NCBI GenBank assembly: GCA_045598245.1
Contig: JAZLLQ010000029.1
Span: 50,128-114,127 of the forward strand
Length of the DNA: 64,000 nt
Reading direction: 5' to 3'
Origin: Candidatus Gastranaerophilales bacterium
GTDB lineage: Bacteria > Cyanobacteriota > Vampirovibrionia > Gastranaerophilales > JAILCC01
A program made the translations under genes and the position numbers. Numbering within the stretch: the stretch's first letter is position 1; every line of letters starts with the position of its first letter. The notes beneath the pieces are model-generated. The model did not search any database. It worked only from the letters and a program-made list of their open reading frames with translations, and was not told where the DNA came from. Shown here piece after piece: positions 46,487-58,700 of the stretch.

Positions 46487-47653
46487 TTAAAACGGTGGAC
46501 GTCCACCTCTCATGCTTTTTGCAGATTTGCCTTTAGGCTTATTTGACCCGATAACTACCTTATCACCTGCTTTTATTTCGTCTGTAATTATCTGGCTTAT
46601 ATTTTCATCTGAAACACCAAGTTTTACATTATAACGCTTCAGACCTGATTTTGTTTGTATCCAAACACCTTGCTGCTCATATTTTTTTGTTTCGGTCTGA
46701 GGCGAGAATTTCAAAGCCTGATTTGGAACGCAAATTACGTCTTCAACCTTGTTTGTTATGATTGATACATTTGCACTCATTCCCGGAATTACAAGACCTT
46801 CTGAGTTATCAACCGAAATTATTACGGTATATGTGACAACATTGTTTGTGGTTGTTGATGCTAATCTTACCTGAGTAACTTTGCCTTCGAATGTTCTGTC
46901 TTGGTATCCGTCAAGTGTATATTCCGCAGTTTGACCGACTTTAATTTTTCCTATATCAGCTTCTGAAACACTTGTTTCTATTTGCATTTCGGTAAGGTCT
47001 TTTGCAACTTCAAAAAGTGTTGGTGTGTTAAAACTTGCAGCTACCGTTTGACCTACGTCAACTGCTCTTGAAATAACGGTTCCGTCAACGGGTGAAGTTA
47101 TTTTTGAATATCCTAAATTAGTGAGATTATTATCAAGAGATGCTTGTGCGGCTGAAACTTCCGCTTGTGCAGCGGCAAGTTCCGCTTGTGCTTGAAGATA
47201 ATTTGACTGTGCAAGTTCTACTTCGTCTTTTGATACATAGTTTTTCGTATAAAGTTTTTTATAGCGTTCATAGTTGCTTTTTTTGTAATTTAATGTTGCC
47301 AAAACTCTTGCATAAGATGCTTTTGCATTACTGAGTTTTGCCGTTGACTGGTCAACATTTGCCTGAAAAAGACTCGGGTCTAATTCCGCAAGCATATCAC
47401 CTTTTTTAACAACAGAGTTAAAATCCACGTATATTCTTGCTACAGTACCTGATACCTGTGTACCTACTTCAATTGTATTGATAGGTTTTATTGTTCCGGA
47501 TGCTTCAACATATTGTGTAATAGTTTCCGTTGTGACAGGTTTTGTTATATAGCCTGTGCTGACTTTTTTGGAAAATAAAAATATTGATGTTGCAGCAATT
47601 AATATTATGATTGTTGCTATTGTCAGCCATTTTTTTGATATAAATTTATTCAT
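46487..47653 (-). CDS. HlyD/MacA/DevB-family periplasmic adaptor
   Basis: N-terminal TM anchor, coiled-coil hairpin (AQAELAAAQAEVSAAQA) and beta-barrel domains. Confidence 0.85.
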   Translation of the reverse strand: MNKFISKKWLTIATIIILIAATSIFLFSKKVSTGYITKPVTTETITQYVEASGTIKPINTIEVGTQVSGTVARIYVDFNSVVKKGDMLAELDPSLFQANVDQSTAKLSNAKASYARVLATLNYKKSNYERYKKLYTKNYVSKDEVELAQSNYLQAQAELAAAQAEVSAAQASLDNNLTNLGYSKITSPVDGTVISRAVDVGQTVAASFNTPTLFEVAKDLTEMQIETSVSEADIGKIKVGQTAEYTLDGYQDRTFEGKVTQVRLASTTTNNVVTYTVIISVDNSEGLVIPGMSANVSIITNKVEDVICVPNQALKFSPQTETKKYEQQGVWIQTKSGLKRYNVKLGVSDENISQIITDEIKAGDKVVIGSNKPKGKSAKSMRGGRPPF

Positions 47654-49098
47654 CGTACCCCCATTGATTTTAGGAATTCTTCTCTTGCTACGTTGTATTC
47701 AAATACACATTTAATAAATTCTAATTGTGCATTATTGTAATTTGTTTGTGCATCCTGTAATTCCAGAAAATTACCTAAACCTACGGTATACCTGCCATCT
47801 GCGAGTTGGAAATTTTCTAATGTTTGTTCAACCTTGTTTGCCATTAGCGGGATTTTTCTTTCAATCTGTTTCATATTTATGTAATTATTTTGCACTTCAA
47901 AATATATGTTTTTCTTGGATAAATCAACATTATTTTCTGCAATATCATAATATGATTTACCTTCGGCAATTTTATGTTTAATATTCATGACGTTTATCAT
48001 TGGAAAATCAAGCCCTGCATAAACTCGGAAGCCGTTTGCATAATTATCCTGATTTTTTTGGAAATTATAACCGGCACTTGCCCCCAGTTCAGGATAATAA
48101 GAGCGTTTTATTGCCTTTAAAGATTCTCCTGATGCTTTTAAAACCAATTCCAAAGATTTTAAGTCAGGGCGGTTTTGATATGCCTGAGCAAGAGCCTGTG
48201 CGACAGATGTTGTATAAGGTTTAAAATTGAAATCTTTTAAAATATTGTGTTTTTCTATTCCTGAAGTTAAAATAAGTTCGGAATTACCGGCTGTTTCAAG
48301 TGTTGAAACTTGTTTTATATTTAGTTCCGGCGGGTTATAATTTACTGTTTTAAAATTGAAATTTTCGGTATTTGTAACGGCAAATTCAGGAGTATCTGTG
48401 TAGTACATCGCATTTGCAAGGTCGAGTAATGCACTTTCGTATATGTGTTCACCTTCAAGCAGCCTTATTTTTGAATCGGTGTAATTAACTTCCGCATTAA
48501 CAACATCAATTTTTGATTTCAAACCTTCATCAAAAAGTGCTTTTGTTCTTTCGTAGTTCAGTTTATTAATTCTCACTGTTTTTTCGGATACATCATTATT
48601 GGCTTTAGCTGCAAGAACTTCATAATATGCCATTTTAACCTTATATACGGTAGCTAAAATTTCATATTCAAGGTCAAATTCGGATGCTTTTTCATTATAT
48701 TTTTGCATATTAATATTTGCGGCTGATTTTCCAAAGTTCCAAATCAGTTGATTAACACTAACATCTGCATTATATGAATTGTTTGTTCTGTTGCTTGAAT
48801 TACCTTCTTTGTTTGATGAGAATGTATATCCGTTTCCTGCTCCCAGCGTGGGGAAATAATCAGATTTTGCCTGCCCTACTTTGCTTTTTTGAATGTCTAC
48901 TTTATCCTTGGCAACTTTTATATTAGGGTCATGCTCAAGAGCATAATGTATACATTCATCAATAGTGAATATTTTTTGCTCTTTTTGGTCATTTTCTTCA
49001 ATCGGTTCGGTCGATTTTTGTTCTTCTTCAATTGCATTAACAGGCATGCTATTCATAGCCAAAAATAATGCTATTATAAAAATTTTTATTAACTTCAT
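47650..49098 (-). CDS. TolC-family outer-membrane channel
   Basis: Signal peptide and duplicated OEP repeats. ATGA overlap with the adaptor gene. Confidence 0.85.
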   Translation of the reverse strand: MKLIKIFIIALFLAMNSMPVNAIEEEQKSTEPIEENDQKEQKIFTIDECIHYALEHDPNIKVAKDKVDIQKSKVGQAKSDYFPTLGAGNGYTFSSNKEGNSSNRTNNSYNADVSVNQLIWNFGKSAANINMQKYNEKASEFDLEYEILATVYKVKMAYYEVLAAKANNDVSEKTVRINKLNYERTKALFDEGLKSKIDVVNAEVNYTDSKIRLLEGEHIYESALLDLANAMYYTDTPEFAVTNTENFNFKTVNYNPPELNIKQVSTLETAGNSELILTSGIEKHNILKDFNFKPYTTSVAQALAQAYQNRPDLKSLELVLKASGESLKAIKRSYYPELGASAGYNFQKNQDNYANGFRVYAGLDFPMINVMNIKHKIAEGKSYYDIAENNVDLSKKNIYFEVQNNYINMKQIERKIPLMANKVEQTLENFQLADGRYTVGLGNFLELQDAQTNYNNAQLEFIKCVFEYNVAREEFLKSMGVR

Positions 49099-49247
49099 TT
49101 TACGATACCTCTACGTGGATATTATACTTTTTTTACGAAAAAAAATCATCATAGGTTCATTCGTTTAGAGTAGATGTGAATATATGTTTTTTGTCATTGT
49201 TATAAATTTATATACATCTGAATGAGTAAATTTTTTTTAAAAACCTC

Positions 49248-49276
49248 TTGCAAAAAAAATATGTTCATTATACATT
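49248..49276 (+). promoter_or_regulatory. candidate promoter of rplJ-rplL-rpoB-rpoC1-rpoC2
   Basis: TTGCAA (49248-49253), 17-nt spacer, TACATT (49271-49276). Confidence 0.4.
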
Positions 49277-49282
49277 ATTTGT

Positions 49283-49490
49283 AAGAAATCGCAGACAGTT
49301 GGGAAGTCATGCCTTTTGAGGATGATTTTTAAAATAACACCCAATCGAGATTCAGGAAAGTTTAGATTATTAATTAAACTAATTTTTGAAAATCCCTGCG
49401 ATATAACGCAGGTTTTTTTTATGCGTTAATGAAAAGTTTTTAAGGTAGAAAAGTTAGAATATAACTCCGGAAAGGAGGAACGGCGCAAAA
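49283..49490 (+). promoter_or_regulatory. rplJ 5' leader with terminator/antiterminator (L10-leader-like attenuator)
   Basis: ~200-nt untranslated leader. ATCGCAG (49288-49294) can pair with CTGCGAT in the 5' half of the terminator stem. RBS AAGGAGG lies before rplJ. Confidence 0.5.
49394..49420 (+). terminator. intrinsic terminator inside the rplJ leader
   Basis: CCTGCG-ATATAA-CGCAGG followed by T8. There is no upstream + strand gene to terminate. Confidence 0.7.
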
Positions 49491-50012
49491 ATGGCAACAA
49501 AAGAACAAAAAAATCAGAAAATTGCAGAAATTAAAGACTCTTTTGCAAAAGCACAAGTTGCAATCGTTAGTGACCCTACCGGCTTGACTGTGGCTGAAAT
49601 TACCGATTTAAGACGTAAACTTCAAAAAGAAGGTTGCGATTATACGGTAGTAAAAAACACTTTAGCCATAAAGGCTGTTGAAGGCACACAATTCGAAGGC
49701 ATGGGTGAATTGCTTAAGGGTGCAAGTGCAGTAGCATTTGGTTTTAATGACCAAGTAGCTCCGGCAAAAATTTTATCAGCTTTCATTAAAGAATTTGAAA
49801 AAGCTGAATTTAAAGGCGGAGTATTAGATGGAAAACTTCTTTCTGTTGATGAAGTTAAAGCATTGGCAAAACTTCCTTCAAAAGAAGAACTTTACGCAAA
49901 AATGCTTGGTTGCATCAACTCACCGGCATCAGGTATTGTTGGCGGCATAAATGGTGTAATGAGTGCATTAGTTCGTGCTATTGACCAAGTAAGACAACAA
50001 AAATCAGCTTAA
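49491..50012 (+). CDS. rplJ: 50S ribosomal protein L10
   Basis: Typical L10 sequence (LTVAEITDLRRKL, VVKNTL). Confidence 0.93.
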   Translation: MATKEQKNQKIAEIKDSFAKAQVAIVSDPTGLTVAEITDLRRKLQKEGCDYTVVKNTLAIKAVEGTQFEGMGELLKGASAVAFGFNDQVAPAKILSAFIKEFEKAEFKGGVLDGKLLSVDEVKALAKLPSKEELYAKMLGCINSPASGIVGGINGVMSALVRAIDQVRQQKSA

Positions 50013-50053
50013 GTTTAGGTAGAATTAAAATTTAGAAAAGGAGAAAATAAATT

Positions 50054-50428
50054 ATGTCAGTACAAGAAATTTTAGAAAGTATCGAAAAATTAACATTAAT
50101 CGAAGCAGCTGAATTAGTAAAAGCTATGGAAGAAAAATTTGGCGTTTCAGCAGCAGCTCCGGTTGCAGTAGCAGCAGCTCCGGCAGCAGGTGCAGCAGCA
50201 GATGCTCCGGCTGAAGCAAGCGAAGTTACTGTTATTTTAGCAGCAGCAGGTGCTAACAAAATTAACGTTCTTAAAGAAGTTAGAACTATTACAGGTTTAG
50301 GATTAAAAGAAGCTAAAGATTTAGTTGACGGTGCTCCAAAACCAATCAAAGAAAACGTTAAGAAAGAAGAAGCTGAAGCTATTAAGAAAACTTTAGAAGA
50401 ACTTGGAGCTACAGTAGAAATTAAATAA
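50054..50428 (+). CDS. rplL: 50S ribosomal protein L7/L12
   Basis: Ala-rich hinge and conserved C-terminal domain ([28 protein letters not shown]). Confidence 0.95.
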   Translation: MSVQEILESIEKLTLIEAAELVKAMEEKFGVSAAAPVAVAAAPAAGAAADAPAEASEVTVILAAAGANKINVLKEVRTITGLGLKEAKDLVDGAPKPIKENVKKEEAEAIKKTLEELGATVEIK

Positions 50429-50524
50429 TAACATCCTTTAAATTTTGTTTAATTTAGAAAATTTTAAAGGGATTATGAGAGTTATTATTTTTAAAGTTAC
50501 AATTGAATAGTTTAAAGCTAGTTT

Positions 50525-50569
50525 AAGTACTCAGACGATATGCCTGAGTACTTGACTATCTTGTTTTTT
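50525..50569 (+). terminator. attenuator-like hairpin with T-tract between rplL and rpoB
   Basis: 10-bp stem AAGTACTCAG/CTGAGTACTT. TTGTTTTTT lies 7 nt downstream. Flanked by two further hairpins (50435-50470, 50573-50591). Confidence 0.5.
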
Positions 50570-50641
50570 GAAGTACCATTTATTATGGTACGAATTATGA
50601 AATAATTAATTAGTGCAACATATTATATAATGAGGTTTGCA

Positions 50642-53600
50642 ATGTCGACAAAAACAAAGAAAGAAAGAATTACGCCAATCGGTATGCCCGCTACCAGATT
50701 GACTGATTTACCTGATTTGATTGAGGTACAAAAAAAATCATTTGAATGGTTTTTGACTGAGGGCTTAAAGGAAGAATTATTATCATTCTCTCCTATTAAG
50801 GACTATACGGGTAGGTTAGAATTGCACTTTTTACCAAACTATACGTTTGATAATGCAAAGTACACTATTGAAGAAGCTCGTATTCACGATGCAACTTACG
50901 CAAAACAATTAAGAATTATGATGCGTTTAGTTAACCGTGATACAGGTGAAATTAAAGAGCAGGAAGTTTACATCGGTGATATTCCGACCATGACCGATAA
51001 AGGTACTTTTATCGTCAACGGTGCAGAACGTGTTATCGTTAACCAAATCGTACGTTCTCCCGGTATCTATTACAAAGTTGAGATTTCTCCGACAGGTAAG
51101 CGTTTATACAATGCTACTCTCATTCCTAACAGAGGAGCATGGTTAAAAATTGAAACCGATAACAATGATGTTATTCACGTTAAAATTGATAAAAACAGAA
51201 AAATCTTGGCTACAACATTATTAAAAGCATTGGGTATTTCTATTCAGGAAATGGAAACTTTATTTACTCACTTTGATTTCTTGAAGAAGACTTTAGAAAA
51301 AGACACAACCGAAACAACAGAAGATGCTTTAATTGAAGTTTATAAGAAATTAAGACCCGGCGATCCTGCTTCAGCAGCCGGCGGTAAGTCTATCATTGAA
51401 AGCAGATTTTTCGATGAAAAACGTTATGATATAGGTAAAGTTGGTCGTTATAAAATTAACAAAAAACTTAACTTAAATGTTCCTGAAAATACAAGAACAT
51501 TGACAATTCAAGATATCGTAGCGGGTATAGAATATTTAATTAATTTAACTTATGACGAAGGTACATTGGATGATATCGACCACTTAGGAAACAGAAGAAT
51601 CCGTTCGGTTGGTGAACTTCTCCAAAACCAATTCAGAATAGGTTTATCCCGTTTGGAACGTATTGTTAAAGAAAGAATGACACTTCAAGATGCAGAAACA
51701 TTAACTCCTTACAATTTATTGAATACAAAACCGTTAGTAGCTGCATTGAGAGAGTTCTTTGGTTCTTCACAATTATCACAATTTATGGATCAGACAAATC
51801 CGCTTGCTGAATTAACTCACAAAAGGAGAATATCTGCATTAGGACCCGGTGGTTTGGCGAGAGAACGTGCAGGATTTGCAGTTCGTGATATTCACCCTTC
51901 ACAATACGGAAGAATTTGTCCGGTTGAAACTCCTGAAGGTCCAAACGCAGGTTTGATTGGCAGTTTGGCTACTCACGCAAAAGTAAATGATTACGGCTTT
52001 ATTGAAACACCTTATTTCGTTTGCAAAGACGGTGTTGTTACCGATGAAGTTGTTTATATGACAGCAGACGAAGAAGAATCATATCGTATTGCTCCGAACG
52101 ATATCAGATTAAATCCCGATCGTTCAATTGCAGAAGAATTTGTTCCTATTCGTTATAAGAGTGAATTTGTTATGGGTGCAGCAAAATTGGTTGACTTTGT
52201 TGGTGTATCACCAATTCAAATCATTTCTGTTGCAACATCACTAATTCCGTTTATTGAACACGATGATGCTAACCGTGCATTGATGGGTTCTAACATGCAA
52301 CGTCAGGCAGTACCTCTTTTGATTACTCAAAGACCAAGAGTTGGTACGGGTCTTGAAAAGAGAGCTGCTATGGACTCAGGTATGGTTGTTGTTTCTAAAC
52401 ATTCAGGTACCGTAAGAAGCGTTAACGGTGAAGAAATTGAAATCGTTGATGAACAAGGTAAACTTCATACATATCAATTAATGAAATATGTAAGAAGTAA
52501 CCAGGATACTTGTTTGAACCAAAAACCTATCGTAAGAACAGGTGACAAGGTTAAAGTCGGTGATCCGATTGCTGATGGTGCTTCTACTCACATGGGTGAG
52601 CTTGCATTAGGTAAAAACATTCTCGTTGCTTATATGCCTTGGGAAGGTTATAACTATGAAGATGCTATCCTGCTTTCAGAAAGATGTGTTCAGGATGATA
52701 TTTTCACTTCAGTTCACATTGAAAAACTTGAAATTGATGCAAGACAAACAAAACTCGGACCTGAAGAAATTACAAGAGAAATTCCTAACGTATCAGAGGA
52801 CAGCTTGAGGCACTTGGACGAAAGAGGTATTGTTCGTGTTGGTGCTAAAGTTTCTGCTGATGATATATTGGTAGGTAAAATTACACCAAAAGGCGAATCA
52901 GAGCATCCGCCTGAAGAAAAACTTTTAAGAGCAATCTTTGCGGAAAAAGCGAGAGATGTAAGAGATAACTCATTGAAAGTTCCTCACGGTGAAGGTGGCC
53001 GTGTTGTAGACGTAAAAGTATTTGACAGAGAAAAAGGCGATGAGCTTCCACCCGGTGCAAATACTGTTATTAAAGTTTACATCGCACAAAAGAGAAAAGT
53101 ATCGGTTGGTGATAAACTTTCAGGACGTCACGGAAATAAAGGTATTGTTTCCAGAATTCTTCCTAGAGAAGATATGCCTTTCTTGCCTGACGGTACTCCT
53201 GTTGATATCGTTTTGAACCCACTGGGCGTTCCTTCTCGTATGAATGTTGGTCAAACTTATGAAACATTGTTAGGTTTGGCGGCATATTTGAGAGACGAAT
53301 ACTATATTACTCCTCCGTTTGACGAAATGTATGGAGAAGAACAGTCAAGAAAAGCTACAACAGCAGAACTTGTTAAAGGTATTAAAGAATCCGGTTGTGA
53401 CTGGGTTAGAGAGGACGGTAAGGTTATTCTTTATGACGGAAGAACCGGTGAACCGTTTGATGAGCCTATTTCAGTCGGTATGACATACTTCCTGAAATTA
53501 GTTCACCTTGTAGATGATAAAATTCACGCAAGAAGTACCGGTCCTTACAGTTTGGTTACTCAACAACCTTTAGGCGGTAAGGCTCAATTCGGCGGTCAAC

Positions 53601-53950
53601 GTTTCGGTGAAATGGAAGTTTGGGCGCTTGAGGCTTATGGCGCTGCGTACACATTACAAGAAATGTTGACAATTAAGTCAGATGATGTAAACGGTAGAGC
53701 AAGAGCTTATGAAGCAATTGTTAAAGGCGATAATATCCCAAGACCCGGTATTCCCGAATCATTCAAGGTATTGGTTAAGGAATTACAGTCAATCGGTTTG
53801 GATATTACGGTTGCTAAAAAAGGCGGACAAGAAGTTGACTTGATGAGCGATATTGATAGCGGCAGAAGAGCTACTCCTAAGAGAACTCTCAGCGATATTG
53901 ATTCCGAATTATTGAACATCAATTTCCTACCCGGAACATTAAGTGAGTAA
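50642..53950 (+). CDS. rpoB: DNA-directed RNA polymerase subunit beta
   Basis: Full-length beta subunit with all conserved blocks. Start probably MSTKTKK at 50642; the track start is 50630. Confidence 0.97.
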   Translation: MSTKTKKERITPIGMPATRLTDLPDLIEVQKKSFEWFLTEGLKEELLSFSPIKDYTGRLELHFLPNYTFDNAKYTIEEARIHDATYAKQLRIMMRLVNRDTGEIKEQEVYIGDIPTMTDKGTFIVNGAERVIVNQIVRSPGIYYKVEISPTGKRLYNATLIPNRGAWLKIETDNNDVIHVKIDKNRKILATTLLKALGISIQEMETLFTHFDFLKKTLEKDTTETTEDALIEVYKKLRPGDPASAAGGKSIIESRFFDEKRYDIGKVGRYKINKKLNLNVPENTRTLTIQDIVAGIEYLINLTYDEGTLDDIDHLGNRRIRSVGELLQNQFRIGLSRLERIVKERMTLQDAETLTPYNLLNTKPLVAALREFFGSSQLSQFMDQTNPLAELTHKRRISALGPGGLARERAGFAVRDIHPSQYGRICPVETPEGPNAGLIGSLATHAKVNDYGFIETPYFVCKDGVVTDEVVYMTADEEESYRIAPNDIRLNPDRSIAEEFVPIRYKSEFVMGAAKLVDFVGVSPIQIISVATSLIPFIEHDDANRALMGSNMQRQAVPLLITQRPRVGTGLEKRAAMDSGMVVVSKHSGTVRSVNGEEIEIVDEQGKLHTYQLMKYVRSNQDTCLNQKPIVRTGDKVKVGDPIADGASTHMGELALGKNILVAYMPWEGYNYEDAILLSERCVQDDIFTSVHIEKLEIDARQTKLGPEEITREIPNVSEDSLRHLDERGIVRVGAKVSADDILVGKITPKGESEHPPEEKLLRAIFAEKARDVRDNSLKVPHGEGGRVVDVKVFDREKGDELPPGANTVIKVYIAQKRKVSVGDKLSGRHGNKGIVSRILPREDMPFLPDGTPVDIVLNPLGVPSRMNVGQTYETLLGLAAYLRDEYYITPPFDEMYGEEQSRKATTAELVKGIKESGCDWVREDGKVILYDGRTGEPFDEPISVGMTYFLKLVHLVDDKIHARSTGPYSLVTQQPLGGKAQFGGQRFGEMEVWALEAYGAAYTLQEMLTIKSDDVNGRARAYEAIVKGDNIPRPGIPESFKVLVKELQSIGLDITVAKKGGQEVDLMSDIDSGRRATPKRTLSDIDSELLNINFLPGTLSE

Positions 53951-53971
53951 TAAATTATAGGAGATAGAAAA

Positions 53972-55687
53972 TTGTCTACAAGTATAGATTATTTTGATTA
54001 TATAAAAATTGCGATAGCATCTCCGGAAAGGATTTTAAAATGGTCCTATGGTGAAGTCACTAAACCGGAAACAATCAACTATCGTACGTTAAAACCGGAA
54101 AGAGACGGTTTGTTCTGCGAAAGAATTTTCGGACCTTCAAAGGACTGGGAATGTTATTGCGGTAAATATAAAAGAGTTCGTTATAAAGGTATCATTTGCG
54201 AACGTTGTGGTGTTGAAGTTACTGACAGTAAAGTTCGCCGTCACAGATTAGGACACATTCAATTAGCTGCTCCTGTCAGCCATATTTGGTTTTTAAAGGG
54301 TATTCCAAGCTATCTTGGTATGGTTTTGGATATGACTTTGAGAGATTTGGAACAGGTAATTTATTTTAATGCTTATATCGTTCTTGATCCTGCGGATAGT
54401 GAGTTTAAAAAATTCCAACTTTTAACTGAAGAAGAATATGAAGATTATATTCTTGAACATGAAGAAACCGAATTAAAGGTTGGTATTGGTGCTGAAGCAA
54501 TCAAAGAACTTCTTGCTGAAATTGATATTGAAGCATTAGTTAATGACTTGAGAGAACAACTTGCAAAAGCAGGAAGTTCAGCACAAAAAAGAGCAAAAAT
54601 TATTAAGAGATTAAGATGTTGCGAATCACTATTGGCAAGTAACACAGATCCTTCATGGATGATTATGGATGTACTTCCGGTTATTCCTCCTGATTTAAGA
54701 CCTATGGTTCAATTAGATGGCGGAAGATTTGCAACAAGTGACCTTAACGATTTATACAGACGTGTTATCAACAGAAACAATCGTTTGTTGAGATTGTTGG
54801 AAATGGGCGCTCCTGAAATCATTGTAAGAAACGAAAAAAGAATGTTGCAGGAAGCTGTTGATGCTTTAATTGATAACGGTCGCAGAGGCAGAACGGTTGT
54901 CGGACCCAACAACAGACCTTTAAAATCATTAAGCAACATTATCGAAGGTAAACAAGGTCGTTTCAGACAAAACCTTTTGGGTAAACGTGTTGACTATTCA
55001 GGTCGTTCAGTTATCGTTGTAGGTCCTCAATTACAATTACACCAATGCGGTTTGCCTAAGGAAATGGCTATCGAATTATTCAAACCGTTCGTAATTAACA
55101 AATTAATCGAAAGAGGTCATGTTCAAAATATTAAGTCTGCCAAAAAGAAAATAGAACGTTCAGAAAACGTTGTATGGGATATTTTGGAAGAAGTAATTGA
55201 CGGACATCCGGTTATGTTGAACCGTGCACCAACGCTTCACAGATTAGGTATTCAAGCATTTGAACCTGTATTGGTTGAAGGTCGTGCAATTCAACTTCAC
55301 CCTCTTGTATGTTCAGCATTCAACGCTGACTTTGATGGTGACCAAATGGCTGTTCACGTTCCTCTTTCTATTGAAGCTCAAACAGAAGCTCGTATGTTGA
55401 TGTTAGCTACAAATAATATCTTGGCGCCTGCTACAGGTCGTCCGATTATTACCCCGTCTCAGGACATGGTATTGGGTATATATTATTTAACATTTACAAA
55501 ACAAGAATTTGAGAAACCAAAATACAGTTTCTTTAGTTTTGAAGATGCTCTGACGGCACACAGTGCAGGCATTGTAGATTTGCACACAAAAATTTTGGTT
55601 AGAGATGATAACAATGAAAAATTTGAAACTACAATAGGTAGAATTATCTTCAACCAAGTTGTTAGAGATGCGGTATTGAATTCATAG
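53972..55687 (+). CDS. rpoC1: DNA-directed RNA polymerase subunit gamma (N-terminal part of beta')
   Basis: TTG start with RBS GGAGA. Zinc finger CYCGKYK...CERCG and catalytic NADFDGD. Ends where cyanobacterial gamma ends. Confidence 0.93.
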   Translation: MSTSIDYFDYIKIAIASPERILKWSYGEVTKPETINYRTLKPERDGLFCERIFGPSKDWECYCGKYKRVRYKGIICERCGVEVTDSKVRRHRLGHIQLAAPVSHIWFLKGIPSYLGMVLDMTLRDLEQVIYFNAYIVLDPADSEFKKFQLLTEEEYEDYILEHEETELKVGIGAEAIKELLAEIDIEALVNDLREQLAKAGSSAQKRAKIIKRLRCCESLLASNTDPSWMIMDVLPVIPPDLRPMVQLDGGRFATSDLNDLYRRVINRNNRLLRLLEMGAPEIIVRNEKRMLQEAVDALIDNGRRGRTVVGPNNRPLKSLSNIIEGKQGRFRQNLLGKRVDYSGRSVIVVGPQLQLHQCGLPKEMAIELFKPFVINKLIERGHVQNIKSAKKKIERSENVVWDILEEVIDGHPVMLNRAPTLHRLGIQAFEPVLVEGRAIQLHPLVCSAFNADFDGDQMAVHVPLSIEAQTEARMLMLATNNILAPATGRPIITPSQDMVLGIYYLTFTKQEFEKPKYSFFSFEDALTAHSAGIVDLHTKILVRDDNNEKFETTIGRIIFNQVVRDAVLNS

Positions 55688-55702
55688 GATAGAGGTATAT
55701 AA

Positions 55703-58700
55703 ATGGAAACTTTATTAAGTGGAAAACAAAAAAAGAGAATGCCTTTTATTAACACAGTTGTTAATAAAAAGGGTTTAAATAATTTGCTTTCTCAAGTATA
55801 TCTTGAGTTTGGCGGTTCAAAAACTGCAACACTCGCTAATGCATTGAAAAACTTAGGTTTCAGATATGCTACAAAGAGTGGTACAACTATTTCAATTTAT
55901 GATTTGGATGTACCTGCAGTTAAGAAAGACCTTTTGAAATCTGCACAGGATGAGATCGAAAAATCAACTGCAAGATTTTTGAAAGGTGAAATTACTGAAG
56001 TTGAACGTTACACAAAAGTTATTGACACTTGGAGTGAAACAACTGCAAAATTAACAAATGCAGTTGTTGAAAATTTTGATAAAACCAATTCGGTTTATAT
56101 GATGGCATTCTCAGGTGCAAGAGGTAACTTATCACAGGTATCCCAATTGGTTGGTATGCGTGGTTTGATGGCAGATGCGCAAGGTAAAATTATTGACTTG
56201 CCTATTAAATCAAACTTCCGTGAAGGCTTAAGCGTAACTGAATACATCATTTCAAGTTACGGTGCAAGAAAAGGTCTTGTTGATACAGCGTTGAAAACTG
56301 CCGATTCAGGTTACTTAACCAGAAGGCTTGTTGACGTTGCTCAAGATGTTGTTATCAGAGAAGCAGATTGCGGAACTACAAACGGCATTGAAATGACGGC
56401 TATTTCAGACGGTGAAAAAATCGTTGTTCCTTTGGAAGAACGTTTACTCGGCCGTACATTAGCTCAACCTATTGAAGTTGACGGCGAAGTTGTTATTCCT
56501 GCAGACAAAATCTTAGACAGAGATGATGTTAAAAAAGTTGTTGAATATAAGGTTGAAAAAGCACTTGTTCGTTCACCTTTGACTTGTGAATTAGAATATG
56601 GTGTTTGCCAAAAATGTTACGGTTGGTCATTGACTACAAACAAGCCTGTTGATATCGGTGAAGCAATCGGTATTATTGCAGCTCAGTCAATTGGTGAACC
56701 GGGTACACAGCTTACAATGAGAACATTCCACACAGGCGGTGTATTCAAAGGTTCTGCTTCTATGCGTCATATTGATGCTCCGGCTGACGGTAAAATCGTT
56801 TCTAAGATTCCGACACGTGAACAAAGAACAAGACACGGTGATATAGTTCTTGTCGCTACAAAAGCTACTGAATTAAAATTTGAAGATAAAAAAGGTAAAA
56901 CTCATTCATTAAAGATTCCTTATGGTTCTTTAATGTACTTTAACGAAGGCGATGAAGTTAAAAGAGGTACAACAATTGCCGCTTATGAACCTGTTTCAGG
57001 TCAGGGTGACGGTGCACGTTTAACGGAAAAAGCTACAAAGGATATTACTTCAGATTTGAGCGGTGAAATTGTATTTGACGGTTTCTCTGTTGACGAAAAA
57101 CGTGACAGACAAGGTAACATCTCAAGAACTTCCAACAAGGGCGGTACAATTTGGGTATTGTCAGGTGATGTTTATAACTTACCCGGCGGTTCAAAAATTC
57201 TTGTTGATGATGCCAAAGAAGTTAAATCAGGTGATGTTCTTGCAGAAACGATTACAATTTCAGAACACGGTGGCGAAGTCAGAATAGGTTCTGATTTGGT
57301 TGTTGAAGAATCAGGTTCTAAATCTAATAAAGTTAAAAAGATTATTTCAGGTAAAGAGCTTACAATCGTAATTGCTTCAATTGTTCCTGAAAATGCTACT
57401 TTTGAAACTAATAAGAAAGAATCAATATGGACCGTTAAAAATAAAAAATCAGAAGAAAGATATATTATTAAATCACCTGCTGATATCGTTGTTGAAAACG
57501 GTATGATTATTGCAGAACTTCTTGATGAAGAAAACAGAGTTACAACCAGTGGTGAAATTCGCTATGATGGTATTGAGGTTGATGATAACCAAATCATCAC
57601 TACTCCGGGTAAAGTTATCTTCATTCCCGAAGAAGTTCAGCAAATTAACAAAGATGCTAACCTCAGAATGGTTGATAACGGTACTTATGTTAAAGCAGGT
57701 ACGGAAATTGTTAAAGATATCTATGCACACATTGATGGTATTGTTGAATTTAAAGAATTTAACGATATGATTCACGAAATCATTATTCGCCCAGGTGAAA
57801 TGTTTACAATTGATTCTTTGAATGATTTGTACGTTGAAGAAGGCGAAGTAATTGAAGCCGGTCAAGAAGTTGCAAAAGGTATCAAAGCTAAAGTTAAGAG
57901 TATCGTTCTTGCTGTTACAAATGAAAGTGATGATAATTCTATCGAAATTGATGATGAAGACTTGGAAATGGAAGAAGAAACAGAACTTCCCGACAAGAAT
58001 ATCGATATCATTTTAAGACCAATTCAGGAATTTGAAATCGGTCCGAGAGATGTTGCTATTAACTTTGCTTCTACTGATGAACAAATCAGCATTGTTCCTG
58101 TTACACAATTACAATATCGTGATGGCAGCAGAGTAAGAAATGTTGAAGGTGCTTCATTAACAAGAACAAGTTTAGTTCTTCAAATGCAAGGCTATTTGAA
58201 CCACTTAAAAGGTTTGGTTGAAATGGATGAAGCTAATAACAATTTGAAGATTGTTGTTCTTGAAAACTTAATCATCAGAAGAGAAACTGAAAACTTGACA
58301 AGCAGTATTGGTGCATTGCAAACCGAACTTTTGGTTGAAAACGGACAGTATATTGAACCTAAAACACCTGTTTCAAAAACACAAGTTTTAGCGGTAAATG
58401 ACGGTGTCGTTAAAACTCAAAAGAAAGAAGATGCAAGACGTTTACTTGTTATTTCAGGCAAGAATGTTCAAACATTCCCTGTTAAAGGTGCTTTGAAGGT
58501 TAAAGAAGGTGATTTGGTTAAAACTGACCAAGTAGTTACCGATAAAGAAGAAACTTCTCCTATTTCAGGGCAGATATTGAAGGGCAAAAAAGGTGAACTT
58601 GTTATTCGTGCAGGTCGTCCTTGCTTAATCAGTCCGGGTACACAATTGTTGGTTGAAGCTAACGGTTTGGTACTCAGAGGTGATTTACTTGCAACTTTAA

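Noticed and set aside
49099-49247. T7-ACG-A8 palindrome (around 49125-49145) upstream of the TolC/MacAB-like operon
   Set aside because: It is a pure A/T homopolymer pairing of negligible stability, most likely just an AT-rich UP-element-like promoter region.
50032-50349. 105-aa antisense ORF opposite rplL
   Set aside because: It is an artefact of the Ala-rich (GCN) hinge of L7/L12, which reads as Ala/Gly-rich on the opposite strand.
57473-57865. 130-aa antisense ORF and several 60-90-aa ORFs within rpoC2
   Set aside because: They are embedded in a conserved essential gene. They have no start signals, and their composition is typical of out-of-frame AT-rich sequence.
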